A stretch of DNA of 64,000 nucleotides from positions 11,328,883-11,392,882 of the forward strand of contig CM119269.1 of assembly GCA_051294375.1 (NCBI GenBank), in the 5' to 3' direction. The notes beneath the pieces were generated by a model. It searched no databases. It had not been told where the DNA came from and worked only from the letters and a program-made list of their open reading frames with translations. A program made the position numbers and the translations under genes. Numbering within the stretch: the first letter of the stretch is position 1; the number at the start of each line of letters is the position of its first letter. The DNA comes from Paraspadella gotoi. Lineage: Eukaryota; Animalia; Chaetognatha. Shown one piece after another: positions 25,291 through 38,060 of this stretch.

Positions 25291-27710
25291 GTGCAGATCA
25301 AAAGTGCCCTTGATGTGATGCCAACGACAACGACGACGACGACGACGACGTCACAAGATCAGAATCAGAAGCAACAGCGACGGGGAAAAGAGAGAGAGAC
25401 AGCATTAATATAGAGAGGAGAGGACGAGTGAGAGAGAGAGAGAGAAAAAGAGGGCAGCGAGAGTGAGAAAGAGACGAGAGAAGACGCAGATGCTTTTTCC
25501 ACCCACGAGACGCGATATTAGTTCACTCTCGTTGTATATCGTGTTATCCAGTTAGCCTCGCAACTGCGTCGTGAAATTGGGCATGTGATTTTTTTATACA
25601 CGTAACGCTAGTATTAGGTCATGCTTCCTCGACATTGTCTTTCTATTGTTGCTCCGCAACCGACCACGAATCTAGTTAAGTAATGTTATTGTAATTTTTG
25701 GATTTTGTATTGAGTAGAAATAATAAACTGGCGATAATAAAGGTTTCTTAGGCAAGAAAAAATCCACGAAAATCTCGGAATAGAATGCGCGAGTAATAAA
25801 AGTTTTAGGAAGGAAAAAAAAAAGAAGAGAGAAAGAGAGAGAGAGAAGAGAGAGAGAGACGGACACAGAGAGACCGAAGAGACAAGAGAGATAGCAGAGA
25901 AAAAGATTGTTCTTTTTTTTAGAAGAAACCAGACGCGACTGGTTCAATTTAATATTTGCATATTATTCAATTTATAAATAGTTACAAATCAAATAATTCA
26001 TTATTTAAAAAAAGATAAAAATGATTTAAATATATACACTAAAATATTTATTAATTTAAATAATAGTAAAATTTATCAGAATAACAAAAAAGTAATGTCT
26101 AATTTGTGACTATATCTCTCTTTCACTCCTATTTTAGATATAAATTTGCAAAAGTGGCCCAACCGCGTCCCAAATTCAGTAATAAATAAAAAACCAATTT
26201 TTAATAACATTGATTACATTTATTAAATATTATCATCTATTCAAAGGTGTCGCGCTTACATGGTCACATTAGCTGATTTATATGTGACAATGCATATCAT
26301 TATAAGTTACTTCTTCATTTTTTTAAAAATAATAAGAGAGAGAGAGAGAGAAGATGAGAAGAGAGACGAGAGAGAGAGAAAGAAAGAATAAAACCGAATC
26401 TCTTCTCCAATGTATATCTCAGATAAAATTTGGGATTTTGTATTAAAAAAAAAGGCGCGGCAATACGCCGCTATCGCCTTCATCATTCGGCTCCGAATGG
26501 CGATAATTAAAAAGTTTTGAGAAGGAAAAAAATATCAGCAATTTTCAAAAACATGACACGATTGTACAGAGAGGCAGAGAGACAGAAAAGACAGAGGTAG
26601 AGAGACAGAAGAGAAAAAGAGAACAAGGAGACAGAAAGACGACATAAGAAAGAGAAAGCTGGAAGCCAGCTGAACAGTCACTGCGAGAACCTGACTCGTT
26701 TTTTAAGGGGGTCAGAAAAAGCAGCGAACTGACAAGATATAGGGAAAAAAAATCTATATACTAATTTAAGAAATAAAAGAAAGGCAAAAATATGTTACAA
26801 TTGTTTACAATTTGGAAATTTTTCATTTTTGCCATCGCAGCTTGTAAAAGATTTATTTATTATTTGTATTAAAATTAGATATAGCTTCTCGATTAAAAAA
26901 TATTTTGAGTTCCCATTTTTATTATATTTTTTAAAAAAAAATTTTTGAATTTCATCTTCAAATATATATACTGCAATATGTAAATTAGATTAAAGCATTG
27001 TATGATACTAATCTTGGATATTATATATGAACTTTTAATTCTCATTTGCATATTGCAGTAAATGCCGATACATGAAGTGGAATTTCAAACAAAAAAATAC
27101 TTAAACAATGTAATTAAGAAAATATCAAACTATTTCAAGTTGAGAAGCATATCTAATTTTTAACTTACTATGATCGCCACACTTTTGTAAACTTCTTCTA
27201 TAATAATTCATAATAATTTTTATTTAAACAAAAACGGTCAAGATCACAGCCAAAACTATAAAGCGTTAGTAGTTTTTTATATAAAAAAAACAGCTGACGG
27301 ACGACGGACGACGACACGAATACGTCACAAAGAGTAAACCCTAAAACCATTATAGAGCCTGACCCGGCTTCCGCCCGGTCAGGCTCCGATTAATTATAGT
27401 AGGGAACAGTCTGGCGTTAAGCGTCCGAGATAAAAATTAGGGAACTAAAAAAGTTGGTTATATACGCAAAACATTGTCAATCACATACAATTATCTAGTG
27501 GCTTTTTTTTCATTGAAATTGATTAGATATTAACTAAAAATATTTCTATAAATTACATTTTTCTTTTGATATAATAAGAGAACTGAGCTTCCGTCGCTTG
27601 AGTCAGGTTTACTATGTAAATATAACGTTGATTTGATTCCAAATATGTTTTTAAACTTTACCTACTTAGACCGCGCATTAGACGGCGAATAATAATATTT
27701 GGAATTAATA

Positions 27711-28135
27711 TTTTATCGAGGACAGACCGGGCGAAGCCGGTCCTGTCTCATAAATAATTCCTTTCGTTTCTGTTGTGTCTCGTCAGTCGTCGTCGTCGTC
27801 TTGACTTGACTTGAAAGGCATTCGTCGTCGTCGTCGTCTGCGTCACGCTTTTTTGCAATCATGGCTTTGTAAAAGTATGATATCATAGGAATGGAAAATT
27901 TATATATGGCTCTCTAATCATAAATCTTTAAAATTCCATGTTCATATCAATATTCCTATTTGTTTATGTTTTATTTACAAAACAAAACCTTTTAATTATT
28001 ATGTCTCTTTCCCCTCTCTTCTTTTATTATTATGTCGCTCTCTCTCTCTTCTTTTTCTCAGTCACTGCTTCTTTCTGATTTGTCTAAAAACGAGTTCTGG
28101 CTCCTCAAGCGTCTGCAGGCGTCGTCCAGCTTCTT

Positions 28136-28168
<33 letters not shown>

Positions 28169-29320
28169 CAAAAAAAATTTAGTATATATATATATATATT
28201 TGACACCAATATTTGAAGACGACGCCGTCAGCAGTTTACCATCCGTTCTCCCTCTTTTTTTTTCTTTGTAGAATCACCACGGGCGCGAACCAGAGTCCTT
28301 CACATTGGAGGAGTTCGCGCTACTCCGGCGCCAAGGTATTACTTATTTGGACGAGTAAAAGGGTTTGTGAGCTTCTCTCTCTCTCTCTTAATAATTATGT
28401 CTCTCTCTCTCTCTCTCTCTCTTTTTCTCCGTCGCTGCTGCTTCTGATTCCAGCGGCTGTCAGCGTTCTCTCTATCTCTCTTTTAATTATATGTCGCTCT
28501 CTCTTTCTCTCTTTTTTTCTTCTGAATAGGGGTAGCCCCTCTCAATCGGTGAGTCAAAATTTAGTATAGGAACATGCTCAAACGAAAATTTATGCATTTT
28601 TAGTATACTTTCAAGTATTACAAAAAATTTCTTATATGGCTCTATACCCAAATATTTATTTTTTAATATTTATTTATAGAAAGGAAAAGAGTTGGCCCTA
28701 CTCAGATTGTCAAAAAACGAGTTCAGCTCTGCAGCGCGCGGTCCAGCGGCTGTCCAGATTCTCTTTATCTCTTTTTCTCTCTCTCTATCTCTCTCTCTCT
28801 CTTTCTTTCTTCTCTCTCTCTGATTATTTTTTCTGAATAGGGTAGCCCCTCTCAATAGGTGAGTCAAAAATTTAGTATGAGAACATGCTCAAATAAAAAT
28901 TTATACATTTTTAATTATTACTTTCACATGTACAAAAAATTCTTATTATGTCTCTATACCCAATATTTATTTTTTATACTATTTTATAGGAAGGAAAGGA
29001 GTTGGCCCTTTCAGATTCGTTCTAAAAACAGTTCAGCTCTGAAGCGGCTGTCCAGCGGCTGTCAGCTTTCTCTGTCCTCTCTCTGTCTCTCTCTCTGTGT
29101 CTCTCCTCTCTCGTCCTCTCTCTCTGTCCGATCTCTCTGGTGATCGTTGCGTTTTTCGAAAAATTCTGATTATTTTTCTCCTTTTATTTTATTATCGCCA
29201 TTTATTCCGCGCTTTTTTCCTTCAATACAATCCCCAATTTACATCCCAGTTTTGTATTTATTTACGGCTCTGAGATTTAGTCAGAATATGTTTTATGTTT
29301 GGAAACAAAGTTCGCACACA

Positions 29321-29353
<33 letters not shown>

Positions 29354-29805
29354 ATACACGTTTGTTTGTTTTATTTACGATGAATGACTCATCGCGTCAA
29401 TGAATGACTATCATTGCATCAATCATTTGGTTATTATCGAATCAATCATTTGGTTATCATTGCATCAATATTTGGTTATCATCGCATCAATAAATTACTA
29501 TTACATCAATCAATCAATTACTATTACATCAATCAATCAATTACTATTACATCAATCAATTAATCAATTACTATGGTTATCATCGCATCAATGAATGACT
29601 ATCATCTCAAAAATAAAAAAATAATTTCTATCTTTTTTTCGGTTTATGGTTTAACTACCAAACAATGTATCTAAGTTATCAAGTTCCATTAGTGAGGCAG
29701 TGAGGAAGTTGAAATGTGTGTCCATTTTCTTTGTTTCCATATCGTTTTCATTAATTTCTTTGATAGTAAGGTCTGTCGAGATCCTTATTCTTTAAGATTT
29801 TTTTT
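27711..29805 (+). mobile_element. HINE family B, apparently full length (~2.1 kb), nested in family A at a T-run
   Basis: Same 5' hairpin as 13371. The 3' end CTGTCGAGATCCTTATTCTTTAAGATTTTT (29773-29805) parallels the family A 3' end, and family A sequence resumes immediately after it. Confidence 0.7.
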
Positions 29806-31741
29806 GTTTGAATTTCCACTTCATTATAATTTACTGCAATATGCAAATGAGATTATAGTATTCATTATAATATCCAAATTAGTATATAGAAATGCTTCAA
29901 TCTAATTTACATATTGCAGTATATATTATTGAAGATGAAATTAAAAAAAAAATTTTAAATCTCTAATAAAAATGGGAACTCAAAGGAATTTTTTAATGAG
30001 AAGCTATATCTTAATTTTAATACAAATAAAAATAAAATCTTTTACAAGCTATGATGGAAAAAAATTGGAAAAATTTCCAATTGTAAACAATTGTAACATA
30101 TTTTTGCCTTTCTTTTATTTCTTAAAATTATATATATATATATTTTTTTCTGCATTAAATGCTTATAATGACTTTTTATAAAATAAAACCTAGAATATTA
30201 AACATTTTTATAATGTTTTAGTTTATTTTTTGCTCATGTTTTTCAATAATGCTTTATATTTTTGTGTTTTTGTTCTTGTTTTCATATTTTTTTGTTTTTG
30301 TTTTACGCATTATCTTTGAACGTTTTTATTAACATTGGTTTTTCGTTTATGCTTTATATTTTTTGTTTTTGTCTTTGTTGTCATATTTTTTGTTTTTATT
30401 TTTACGCATTATCAAAAATAAAAATTACAAATTTAAAATAAAAACTATTGCTTCTCTTGACATTTGACATTTTTCGTTTTTTAGTTTTTCCGGTTTTATG
30501 ATTTTTACATTTGATCCTTAACACGTTCTTGAACGTTTTTTTAATAGTTTCTTATGAATTAGTTCATAACATTTATTAATGATTTAAACGTTAGTGTCTT
30601 TTGTTTTTATTGAATTTCAATATTGTAGTTTAGTTTTTACTTGTTTTCACAGTCTTCTTAAATGTTTAGGGGTCCTTTTGTTTTTATTGAATTCAATACA
30701 TAGTTTAGTTTTCCAGTCTTTTACACTATTACTGTTTAATGTATTATGTCAATACTGTTTTGGTATTAATAAAAAAAAAAAAACCATTCTGAAAAATTAA
30801 AAAAAAAAAAAAAAAAATTCTGCAACGAGTTCAGGCTCTGAAGTGACTGTACAGAGCGGCCTTCCAGCACGCCTGTCCAGCTTTGTCTCTCTCTGTTTCT
30901 CTCTGTCTGTGTCTCTCTCTGTGACTCTCTGTCTGTACGATTTTTTACGTTATCGTTCGTTTTTTGAAAAATTCTGATTATTTTTTTCCTTCTAAAAACT
31001 TTTATTATCACCATTTATTCCGCGCTTTTTTCTCAATACAAAATCCCAAATTTACATCTGAGATTAGCCTGGCAAGCTTCCTATAGGATGGGTTGGAATA
31101 TCTTTACAAAACCTTGGGAATATTACCTTGGTACCAAAATTAGAGATTTGAGATAGAACGATTTTTTGTCCACAAAGCCAAAAGGTTAGTAATAAAAATC
31201 GGGTTACTCCAATATGCAAATGAGATTAACGTTTCACAGTAATATTTTAATTTAATAAAAACTTATTAATCTTAAATAAAAATTTAAATAAATAATATAA
31301 AATCAAATTAAAAAGCTAATATTTATCGTTTGATTAGCTGACAGGATTAAAAAAATAATATTAACCGATAAAAATCATATGAAAATACTATTAAAATAAA
31401 GGTTTCTTGTTACTTAATCTTGAAAGATAGTGAAGCAGTAAAGAAATGACAAAAAGCTATTAAGACAGAGAGAGATACAGTTCAATCAGTTTTTTTGTTT
31501 TGCTCACAACCATTTTGGTACTGTTAACTTGAATCATAGTTTGTTTTTGTTTACAAACATCAAATTTTATTTTTATATATGGACATGTTTCGAGTCTTAT
31601 TCTTTTCTCCAAACATTGTTTCCTACTTACTCTCAAATGACCTGACTTTATTTCTATTTTTTATCTCTCTCTGTCTCTCCTGTCGTTACCTTCAGCTGTT
31701 CTTACCCTTAACACTTTTCTTTGTTCTTTGTTGGACGCTTA

Positions 31742-31774
<33 letters not shown>

Positions 31775-31790
31775 ACTCTCTCTCACTCTC

Positions 31791-32132
31791 TGTAGAGACG
31801 TTCCTAGTCTCCACGCTTTGCGGTCCTTGGCGTTCGTTGGTCGCCCGCCCAAAAAGAGGTTTTGACAAAAGTTTCGCTGACTATATCTCTAGTAAAAGTA
31901 CAACGCGAGTTCCCAAACGGTCCAAACGAAAATCGTGACAATATCTAGTCGCGAAAATCCGTAAAAAAAAAGGTTTTCGGACGCGCGACGTTGATTCAAT
32001 AAATGGTTCTAAATCGATAAAATTCGGATAACCAAAATTCTAAAAGTAAATCGTACGGAATTGACCGGCGTTGCAAAGGGACCGAGAGAGAAAAATATGA
32101 CCAAAAAAGGTCAGGAGGCGATTTTATCTTCA
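31791..32132 (+). mobile_element. Solo-LTR-like insertion (342 bp) in a (CT)n tract
   Basis: Termini TGTAGAGA...CTTCA, flanked by CTCTC on both sides. Contains TATA-like ctatatc at ~31881 and AATAAA at ~31998. Confidence 0.5.
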
Positions 32133-34404
32133 CTCTCTCTCTCTCTCTCTCTCTCCCTTCATCATAATGTTTGAAAAAATTTAAATTCACATTGCGCTGA
32201 TGTTCGTTTAAAAAATAAAATTTGTTGTTTGTAAACAAAACAAACTTTGTTTTCTCTCTCAATTTAAAACGAAACGAAGGTCCTTTCACTATGTTTGAAT
32301 GATATCAAAATACTTTAATAGCAAGGATTCTTGGAGGTTAATAAAAAAGTAAGGGTAAAATTTTTCATTTGTCATGGGTGAGGGTGTAGCGTCCCAAATG
32401 TCGAAAACGACAACAAAGACGACGACAAACCGATGACGGTGACCTCACCATTCACCACTGGTGAATCTCGCCACTCAACCGTTTAGTGGAGGAAAGTTCC
32501 TCACCCACGTAACCATTACAAATGCTAATTCTGTAATTATCTGTTATTGTTTGTTGTTATTGTTGTATTTCCTTTGTTACGATTTTTACTTTATTTGTTT
32601 GCCATTGTTTTTTAACCATTACATGTAAATATTTGATCGCGAAAACGTCTTCTTATTTTTTGCCTAAAATAATCATTTGAGAGTCGCCACAAATAAGAGA
32701 TAAAACGCAACCTTCTCAAAAAAAAAAATTTAGAACTTTTCTAAATAAAAAAAAATGTTGTAAAAACGTGAAACCAATGGCAAGATGGAAGAGAGTCCCG
32801 ATGGCGCCAACCTGTCATATTCCAACTTTTATTGCTTTACACTATTATAAAGCCTATATCCAAAAATTATAGTTTTGGCTCAATCTGTGTCTTTCTCTCT
32901 CCATATATATTTTTTTATGTTTCAAGAAAAAAACTTTTATTCCTGTTAAATATTTTACCGTATGATAACTTAAAAAATAGAGCAAAAAATATCCTCTTTG
33001 TACTTGCAAATAAAATTATGTCAAAATTATACTGTGGGAATGAATAAACGATATTGTGAAAGAGTCTTGATTGAATGATTGCAAGGAACTGCTCTGTCAT
33101 TATCTTGCACACTACGGCGAAAAAAGGAGCCACTTTTCACATCGAAAAAAACATATTAGATGCCTGAATTTTATAAAGACATAGAAACATAAAATAAAGC
33201 TTATTGAAAGATGAAGCGATTCGTCCAATTCCCAATAAAATTGAGCGAAGCGTTCGAAAGTTATAGGACAACAAAGTCGATTGGTAAAAAAATTGAAAAG
33301 AAGACAGAATAGAGGCTCACCTTTCTCCTCACTGGGTTTTCTCTCCCCCTTCTCAACCTCTACTCCTTCTCTTCCCTTCATTGTCCCCTCCTCTTCATTC
33401 CCGAGTCAAGGATCGTCCTCACACTTGTCTCACGATCTCGGGGTCCTCAAGCCTTCCTTCTCCCCTCTCCCCTTTTATGTAACCTTATTCCCTTTTCCTT
33501 TTACATCCTCACCTTACATCTTTTCCCGGACGAGAGCATCCGAGATTTTCGTGTTTACATTTTAGATAAAGTGAAGAACAACTTTTAATGACATACAATG
33601 TCACATGTGCATCAGCTAATGTGACAGGTAGGCGATACCTTTATGTATGTATGTATCATTTTTTAAAAAGTAATAATTTATTTTGGTTTTTATTTATTAC
33701 TGTAATTTTGGACCGGTCGGCCCACTTTTAGCAAATTATATCTAAAATAGGAGTCGAGAAGAGAGATATAGTCAAATTAAACATTACTTTTTTGTTATTC
33801 TGATAATTTGTACTATTATTAAATGAATAAATATTTTTAGTGTATATATTAAATCATTTTTATCTTTTTTAAAAATAATAATTATTTGATTTGTGTAAAC
33901 TATTTATAAATTAATTAAATATGCAAATATAAAATTTGACCTCGGTCTGGTTGCTTCCTAAAAAAAGAACAATCAAAAATTTTATTCAAGATTAAAATTT
34001 TTTTAAATGAGGAAATAAAATTTTTTTTGATAAGTAAAAAAAATATTTGGAAGTCATAAATATCATAGTCGTTAACTGAGTATTTTCAACTATATATTTT
34101 GTTAATAGGGATTATAATTTTTGGATCGTTATTATTCTCTCTTTTTTTCTTCTGAATAGGGGTAGCCCCTCTCAATTGGGTTAGTCAAAAATTTAGAATG
34201 AAAACCTGCTCAAACGAAAATTTATACATTTTTAAGTATACTTTCAATGTATAAAAAAATTCTTATATGGCTCTATACCAAAATAATTATTTTTTAATAT
34301 TTATTTATAGAAAGAAAAGGAGTTCGACCCTATTCAGATTCGTCTAAAAACGAGTTCATCTCTGAAGCGGCTGTCCAGCGGCTGTCCAGCTTTCTCTCTC
34401 TCTC

Positions 34405-34462
<58 letters not shown>

Positions 34463-34473
34463 CTCTCTCTCTG

Positions 34474-34882
34474 TGTAGAGAAGTTTCCGTCTCTCTACGC
34501 CGCTCCAAGTAATATCAGTTGGTCCAGGAAAGGCTCGGCTAAATACCGCAACCGACAAGGCATCCACTGACTCTATATCATGAGTATAATCTCGAAGACA
34601 ATGTAAGAGAAATCATAGAGTAAATCGAAGTGTAATTCTAAAGAAATGCATCAATAATCCGTCATATAATCCAGTACTAATTCGTTAAAGCCAGTGTAAA
34701 ATGCCGTAGGAAAATGGTTAAAATACCGAGGGAAATTAGTCCAAGCAAGCGGAATCTATCAAACTGAATTCGTGATCCAAAGTCTGACTGAGGTTGACCG
34801 GGGTAGAAGAGGAGAGAGCTAGAGAGAGATATCTCAGTCTCTCTCGGTCCACAAACTATCTGTGGCCACTGGTTCCACTTCA
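34474..34882 (+). mobile_element. Related solo-LTR-like insertion (409 bp) in a (CT)n/CTGT tract
   Basis: Termini TGTAGAGA...CTTCA, with 5-bp CTCTG duplicated at 34469-34473 and 34883-34887. It shares the start hairpin and a gact(ct)atatc..agta motif with 31791-32132. Confidence 0.5.
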
Positions 34883-35594
34883 CTCTGTCTCTCTCTGTCT
34901 CTCTCTCTCTGATCGTTCGTTTTTTGAAAAATTCTGATTAATTTTGCCTTCTAAAAACTTTTATTATCACCATTTATTCCGCGCTTTTTTCTCAATACAA
35001 AATCCCAAATTTACATCCGAGATTTTCGTGGATTTATTCTCTTTCTTTCTCTCTCTCTCTCTATTTCACTCATACACGCATTTCTTTGTTTTATTTACGA
35101 TCATCGCGTCAATGAATGACTATCATCGCATCAATGAATGACTATCATCGAATCAATGAAAGATTATCATCACATCAATGAATGACTATCATCGCATCAA
35201 TTATTGGTTATCATCGCATCAATAATCAATTACTTGCTGGCTCGATCCTTATGCTTTTAAGATTTTTTTATTTCATTTTATTTTTATTTCATTTCATTTC
35301 ATTTTTTTTCATTTTATTGATTTGATTTGATTTGATCGATTTGATTAATTTGATTAATTTGATCGATTTTATTAATTTGATTAATTTGATTAATTTGATT
35401 AATTTGATTTGATTTGATTTGATTTGATTTGATTGATTTGATTGATTTGAATGTTTTATTTGATTGCTTTGTTTGTCAACAAGTCTTGGAACTTTCATAA
35501 GGTAGATTCATTTAATTGATGGATTGATTTATAGATTAATTCTTTTGTTTAATTGATTGATTGATTGACTAATCGATCCTTTTAACTCTCATAC

Positions 35595-35754
35595 CCGTCG
35601 TGCTGTTGAGATAAATCGGAAATGGCTGAATCGCCTCTTTGTTGACGACGGTGAAGACGACCTTCCGGGCATCGCCCGTCGTCATCAGCGTGAAGGTGTG
35701 AATGACGCGCGGGAGATGCTCGGGCCGGAAGTCGTCCTCGCTGAAGCGGAGGAC
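35595..35754 (-). CDS. Cadherin gene exon E4: first half of first EC repeat (absent from ORF track)
   Basis: Acceptor ttcCAG|GTC and donor ACGG|GTATGA; 160 bp, phase 0-1. Open frame VLRFSEDDFRPEHLPRVIHTFTLMTTGDARKVVFTVVNKEAIQPFPIYLNSTT(G). Splicing to E5 gives YLNSTTG-ALTV...LDRD, the typical cadherin 'xIxxxTGxL...LDRE' pattern. Confidence 0.9.
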
Positions 35755-36655
35755 CTGGAAGAGGGGGCGTGGAAAGTTTACTAATATCCCGAGGTAATAT
35801 GTAAATGATAAATAAATAAACTACGTAAGAAATAAATCTAATTACGTGAGATAAACCAACAGAGCGAGAGACAGACCGTTGAGGTGACTTAAAAAAGATC
35901 GACTGGGATTGAAGGGAAACCCCTGGTAAGGTTTTCTCGGTTACGTTCTCGCAAGAGGTGAACTTGGTAAGTTTGGGAAAGGGAGAAAAACGAATGGGAC
36001 GAAGAACGTAAAGGAGAAGAGTAATGATTTCCCTCTCATGAACTTGGATGACTGAGGAATAAGGAGGGAGGAAGAGGAGAAAAGAAAAGAAAAAGTCGAG
36101 GAGGAAAAGGAGAAGGAAAGAAATAGAAAGAGCGAAGAATTCAAATGGTTTCCTCCTGAGAGAAGAATTAAAGGCGCCGGTTTGAGGTGAGGTTCGCCCG
36201 GCGGGTCGAGTGAGGGGGGGGGACCGGGTAAGGGCGCCGGGTTAAAATGGGTTAAAGTGGAGACCCGAGGTTCATTTTTTTCTCTTTTTTTTTCCAATCT
36301 GTTTATATTCTTTCCATTTTTAAGGTTCGTGACCAAAACAAACCAATCTTTCTTCTTTTTTTTTCTCGTCAAAATATTCTCTCTTTAGAAAAATGCGCGA
36401 TTTTAGATTTTGTAAGAAAGGAAATCTGAGAGCGACGCGAAAAATAACCATATTATGTGCTTTTTTTTGCTTTTTTTTTTTGGCCGAAGGCGTTCATTTT
36501 ATTTATTACGCCTCTTTCTACCTTGAAAACCAAATTTTATTTACGTAATATTCAAATTCTCGATGTCGTTGTGGACGACGAAAAAAAAAATGTGCGTCAT
36601 TTTTTTTTCTTTCTCTCCCCGTCTGTTTCCCCTTCTCTTTCTCCTGTTCCCTCCC

Positions 36656-36720
<65 letters not shown>

Positions 36721-37293
36721 ACTACTCTCCCTCCCTCCATTTCCTCGCTCTTTTTTGACTATAGAAAAAAAAAATTTCATTTTGCTTCGCCGCGCGACAA
36801 AATCCTTGGTAGATTTGAATTTCAAATTCGCTCTTCATATCGCCCTTTCCTTTTAGCCCCTTTCCTTTCAGCCCCTTTCCTTTCAGCCCCTTTACTTTCC
36901 TTTATTCCCTTTTCTTTTTTTTCCTTTCCCTTTTCTACTGCTCTTTCTCTTCTTACATTTTTCTTTTCCCTTTCTCTCTCTACCTTTCCTTTAATTTTTT
37001 TTTTCAGTCCTAGATTTGCTTCTCCCTTTCTTCTCTTTTCTCTCCCCTCACTTTTCTCCTTTGTTTTCCTTTCATTTCTTGACTTTTTCTTTGCTTATAC
37101 GTTTCCCATTTGACCCTACATTTCTCGCCCCCTTCGACGCGCCACCAACCAAACCCAATGCCCAATTCCCCTCATCCCATACCCACTTTTCCCCGACCCT
37201 CGGCAAACCCCGTTAAATTTAGATTTCATCCCCTCATCTCCCATAAATCCCCTCGCAGACACTTCCCCCTCCAACCTCAATTCCTTCGCTCAC

Positions 37294-37626
37294 CTGGCCA
37301 AACAGCAGAGGGTTGAGCATTTGTTTTTTTCGGCGCTGCTCTTTTTTCCGACCGCCGGCGGCGTCGCGAGGGAATCGCCGCCGCCGCCGCCGCCGCAGCC
37401 ATCGACGCGGCCAGCTGTTGGCGCCGAGGACGCCGCCGATGCGAAGCGAATCCCCGACGGGGGCGTCGGGGGAAGGAGCGGCGGAAGTGGAGTCGAGCGT
37501 GACGTGGGCAGGAGCGGCGGGGTCGACGTTGTCCGTGGCGGCGGGGATGGCGTTGTCCGTGCCATCTTCGACGAAGGGGCGGGTGACGTGGGGAGTTTCG
37601 ATGGCGGTGATAAAGACGTCGCGAGG
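37294..37626 (-). CDS. Cadherin gene exon E3: end of N-terminal extension with polybasic (furin-type) site
   Basis: Acceptor ttttttttCAG|CCT and donor CAG|GTGAGC; 333 bp, phase 0-0. Open frame PRDVFITAIETPHVTRPFVEDG...SWPRRWLRRRRRRRFPRDAAGGRKKEQRRKKQMLNPLLFGQ joins in frame to E4. This is a different frame from ORF-track entry 37290..37565. Confidence 0.8.
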
Positions 37627-37700
37627 CTGAAAAAAAAGAAGGTTGGAGTGAAATTCGATTTAAATGGAGGAAGTGCGTCCGTGATTTGTGGGAAAGGGAA

Positions 37701-37803
37701 GGAAGGGTGTGGCTTTATAAGGAAGGGAGTGGCTTTATAAGGAAGGGAGTGGCTCTATAAGGAAGGGAGTGGCTCCATAAGGAAGGGAGTGGCTCCATAA
37801 GGA
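37701..37803. repeat. 20-bp minisatellite (GGAAGGGAGTGGCTYYATAA) x5
   Basis: Five adjacent units are directly visible. Confidence 0.95.
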
Positions 37804-37894
37804 CTGGTATGTACACTAATGAAAGATATCGAGAGAAATAATGAATGTGTTGTGGGGAATCCTAAATTCGCCTCTCGTATCGTTTGGTGAAACT

Positions 37895-38060
37895 CAGCTC
37901 GTCCCAGTAACTTTGACAGCTAAGTACTCGTTCACCAACCGTGAGTTCCGGGTTAAATCCCCTCTCGGTCACACTGGTTACAGTGTGATGGTGTCGGGAA
38001 AAACACGCCACTGACATTGGGTGGTCACTGCTAGTACAAAGCCATCACCGCCAGCTTTCA
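37895..38060 (+). mobile_element. Possible degenerate tRNA-derived SINE head
   Basis: B-box-like GGGTTAAATCCC (~37950) with a degenerate A-box-like segment upstream, followed by the hairpin CACACTG-gtta-CAGTGTG. No intact cloverleaf could be built. Confidence 0.3.

Larger units (their letters stand above)
18645..27395 (-). mobile_element. Mosaic of degenerate minus-strand HINE family A segments
   Basis: A 3'-end motif lies at 18645-18680 and 5' hairpins at ~23635-23675 and ~27352-27392. The module aaatccacgaaaatctcggatgtaaatttgggattttgtattgag..gcggaataaatggcgataataaaag recurs at ~19025, 21240, 22745, 25760 and 26420. Indels are frequent. Confidence 0.55.
13094..35269 (+). mobile_element. Non-autonomous Helentron-associated element (HINE/DINE-1-like), family A, interrupted by nested insertions
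   Basis: The 5' end is TTTTT + ATCGAGCC..GAAGCCGG..GGCTCGAT hairpin (13099-13133), then a (GTC)n microsatellite. The body breaks at 13365 and resumes at ~29800, matching the reverse complement of ~62580-62940. The 3' end has subterminal GGCTCGAT (35239-35246), a short palindrome ATCCTTA..TAAGAT and a T-run. Both flanks are the same (ATTTC)/(GATTT) simple repeat. Confidence 0.7.

Noticed and set aside
24881-25318. MQVEKI repeat protein
   Set aside because: It is a translation of an 18-bp DNA tandem repeat that shifts frame and lies in noisy TE sequence.
37290-37740. ORF-track entries 37290..37565(-), 37313..37630(+) and 37321..37740(+)
   Set aside because: These are shadow frames; the phase-compatible coding frame is the unlisted minus frame 37626-37294.
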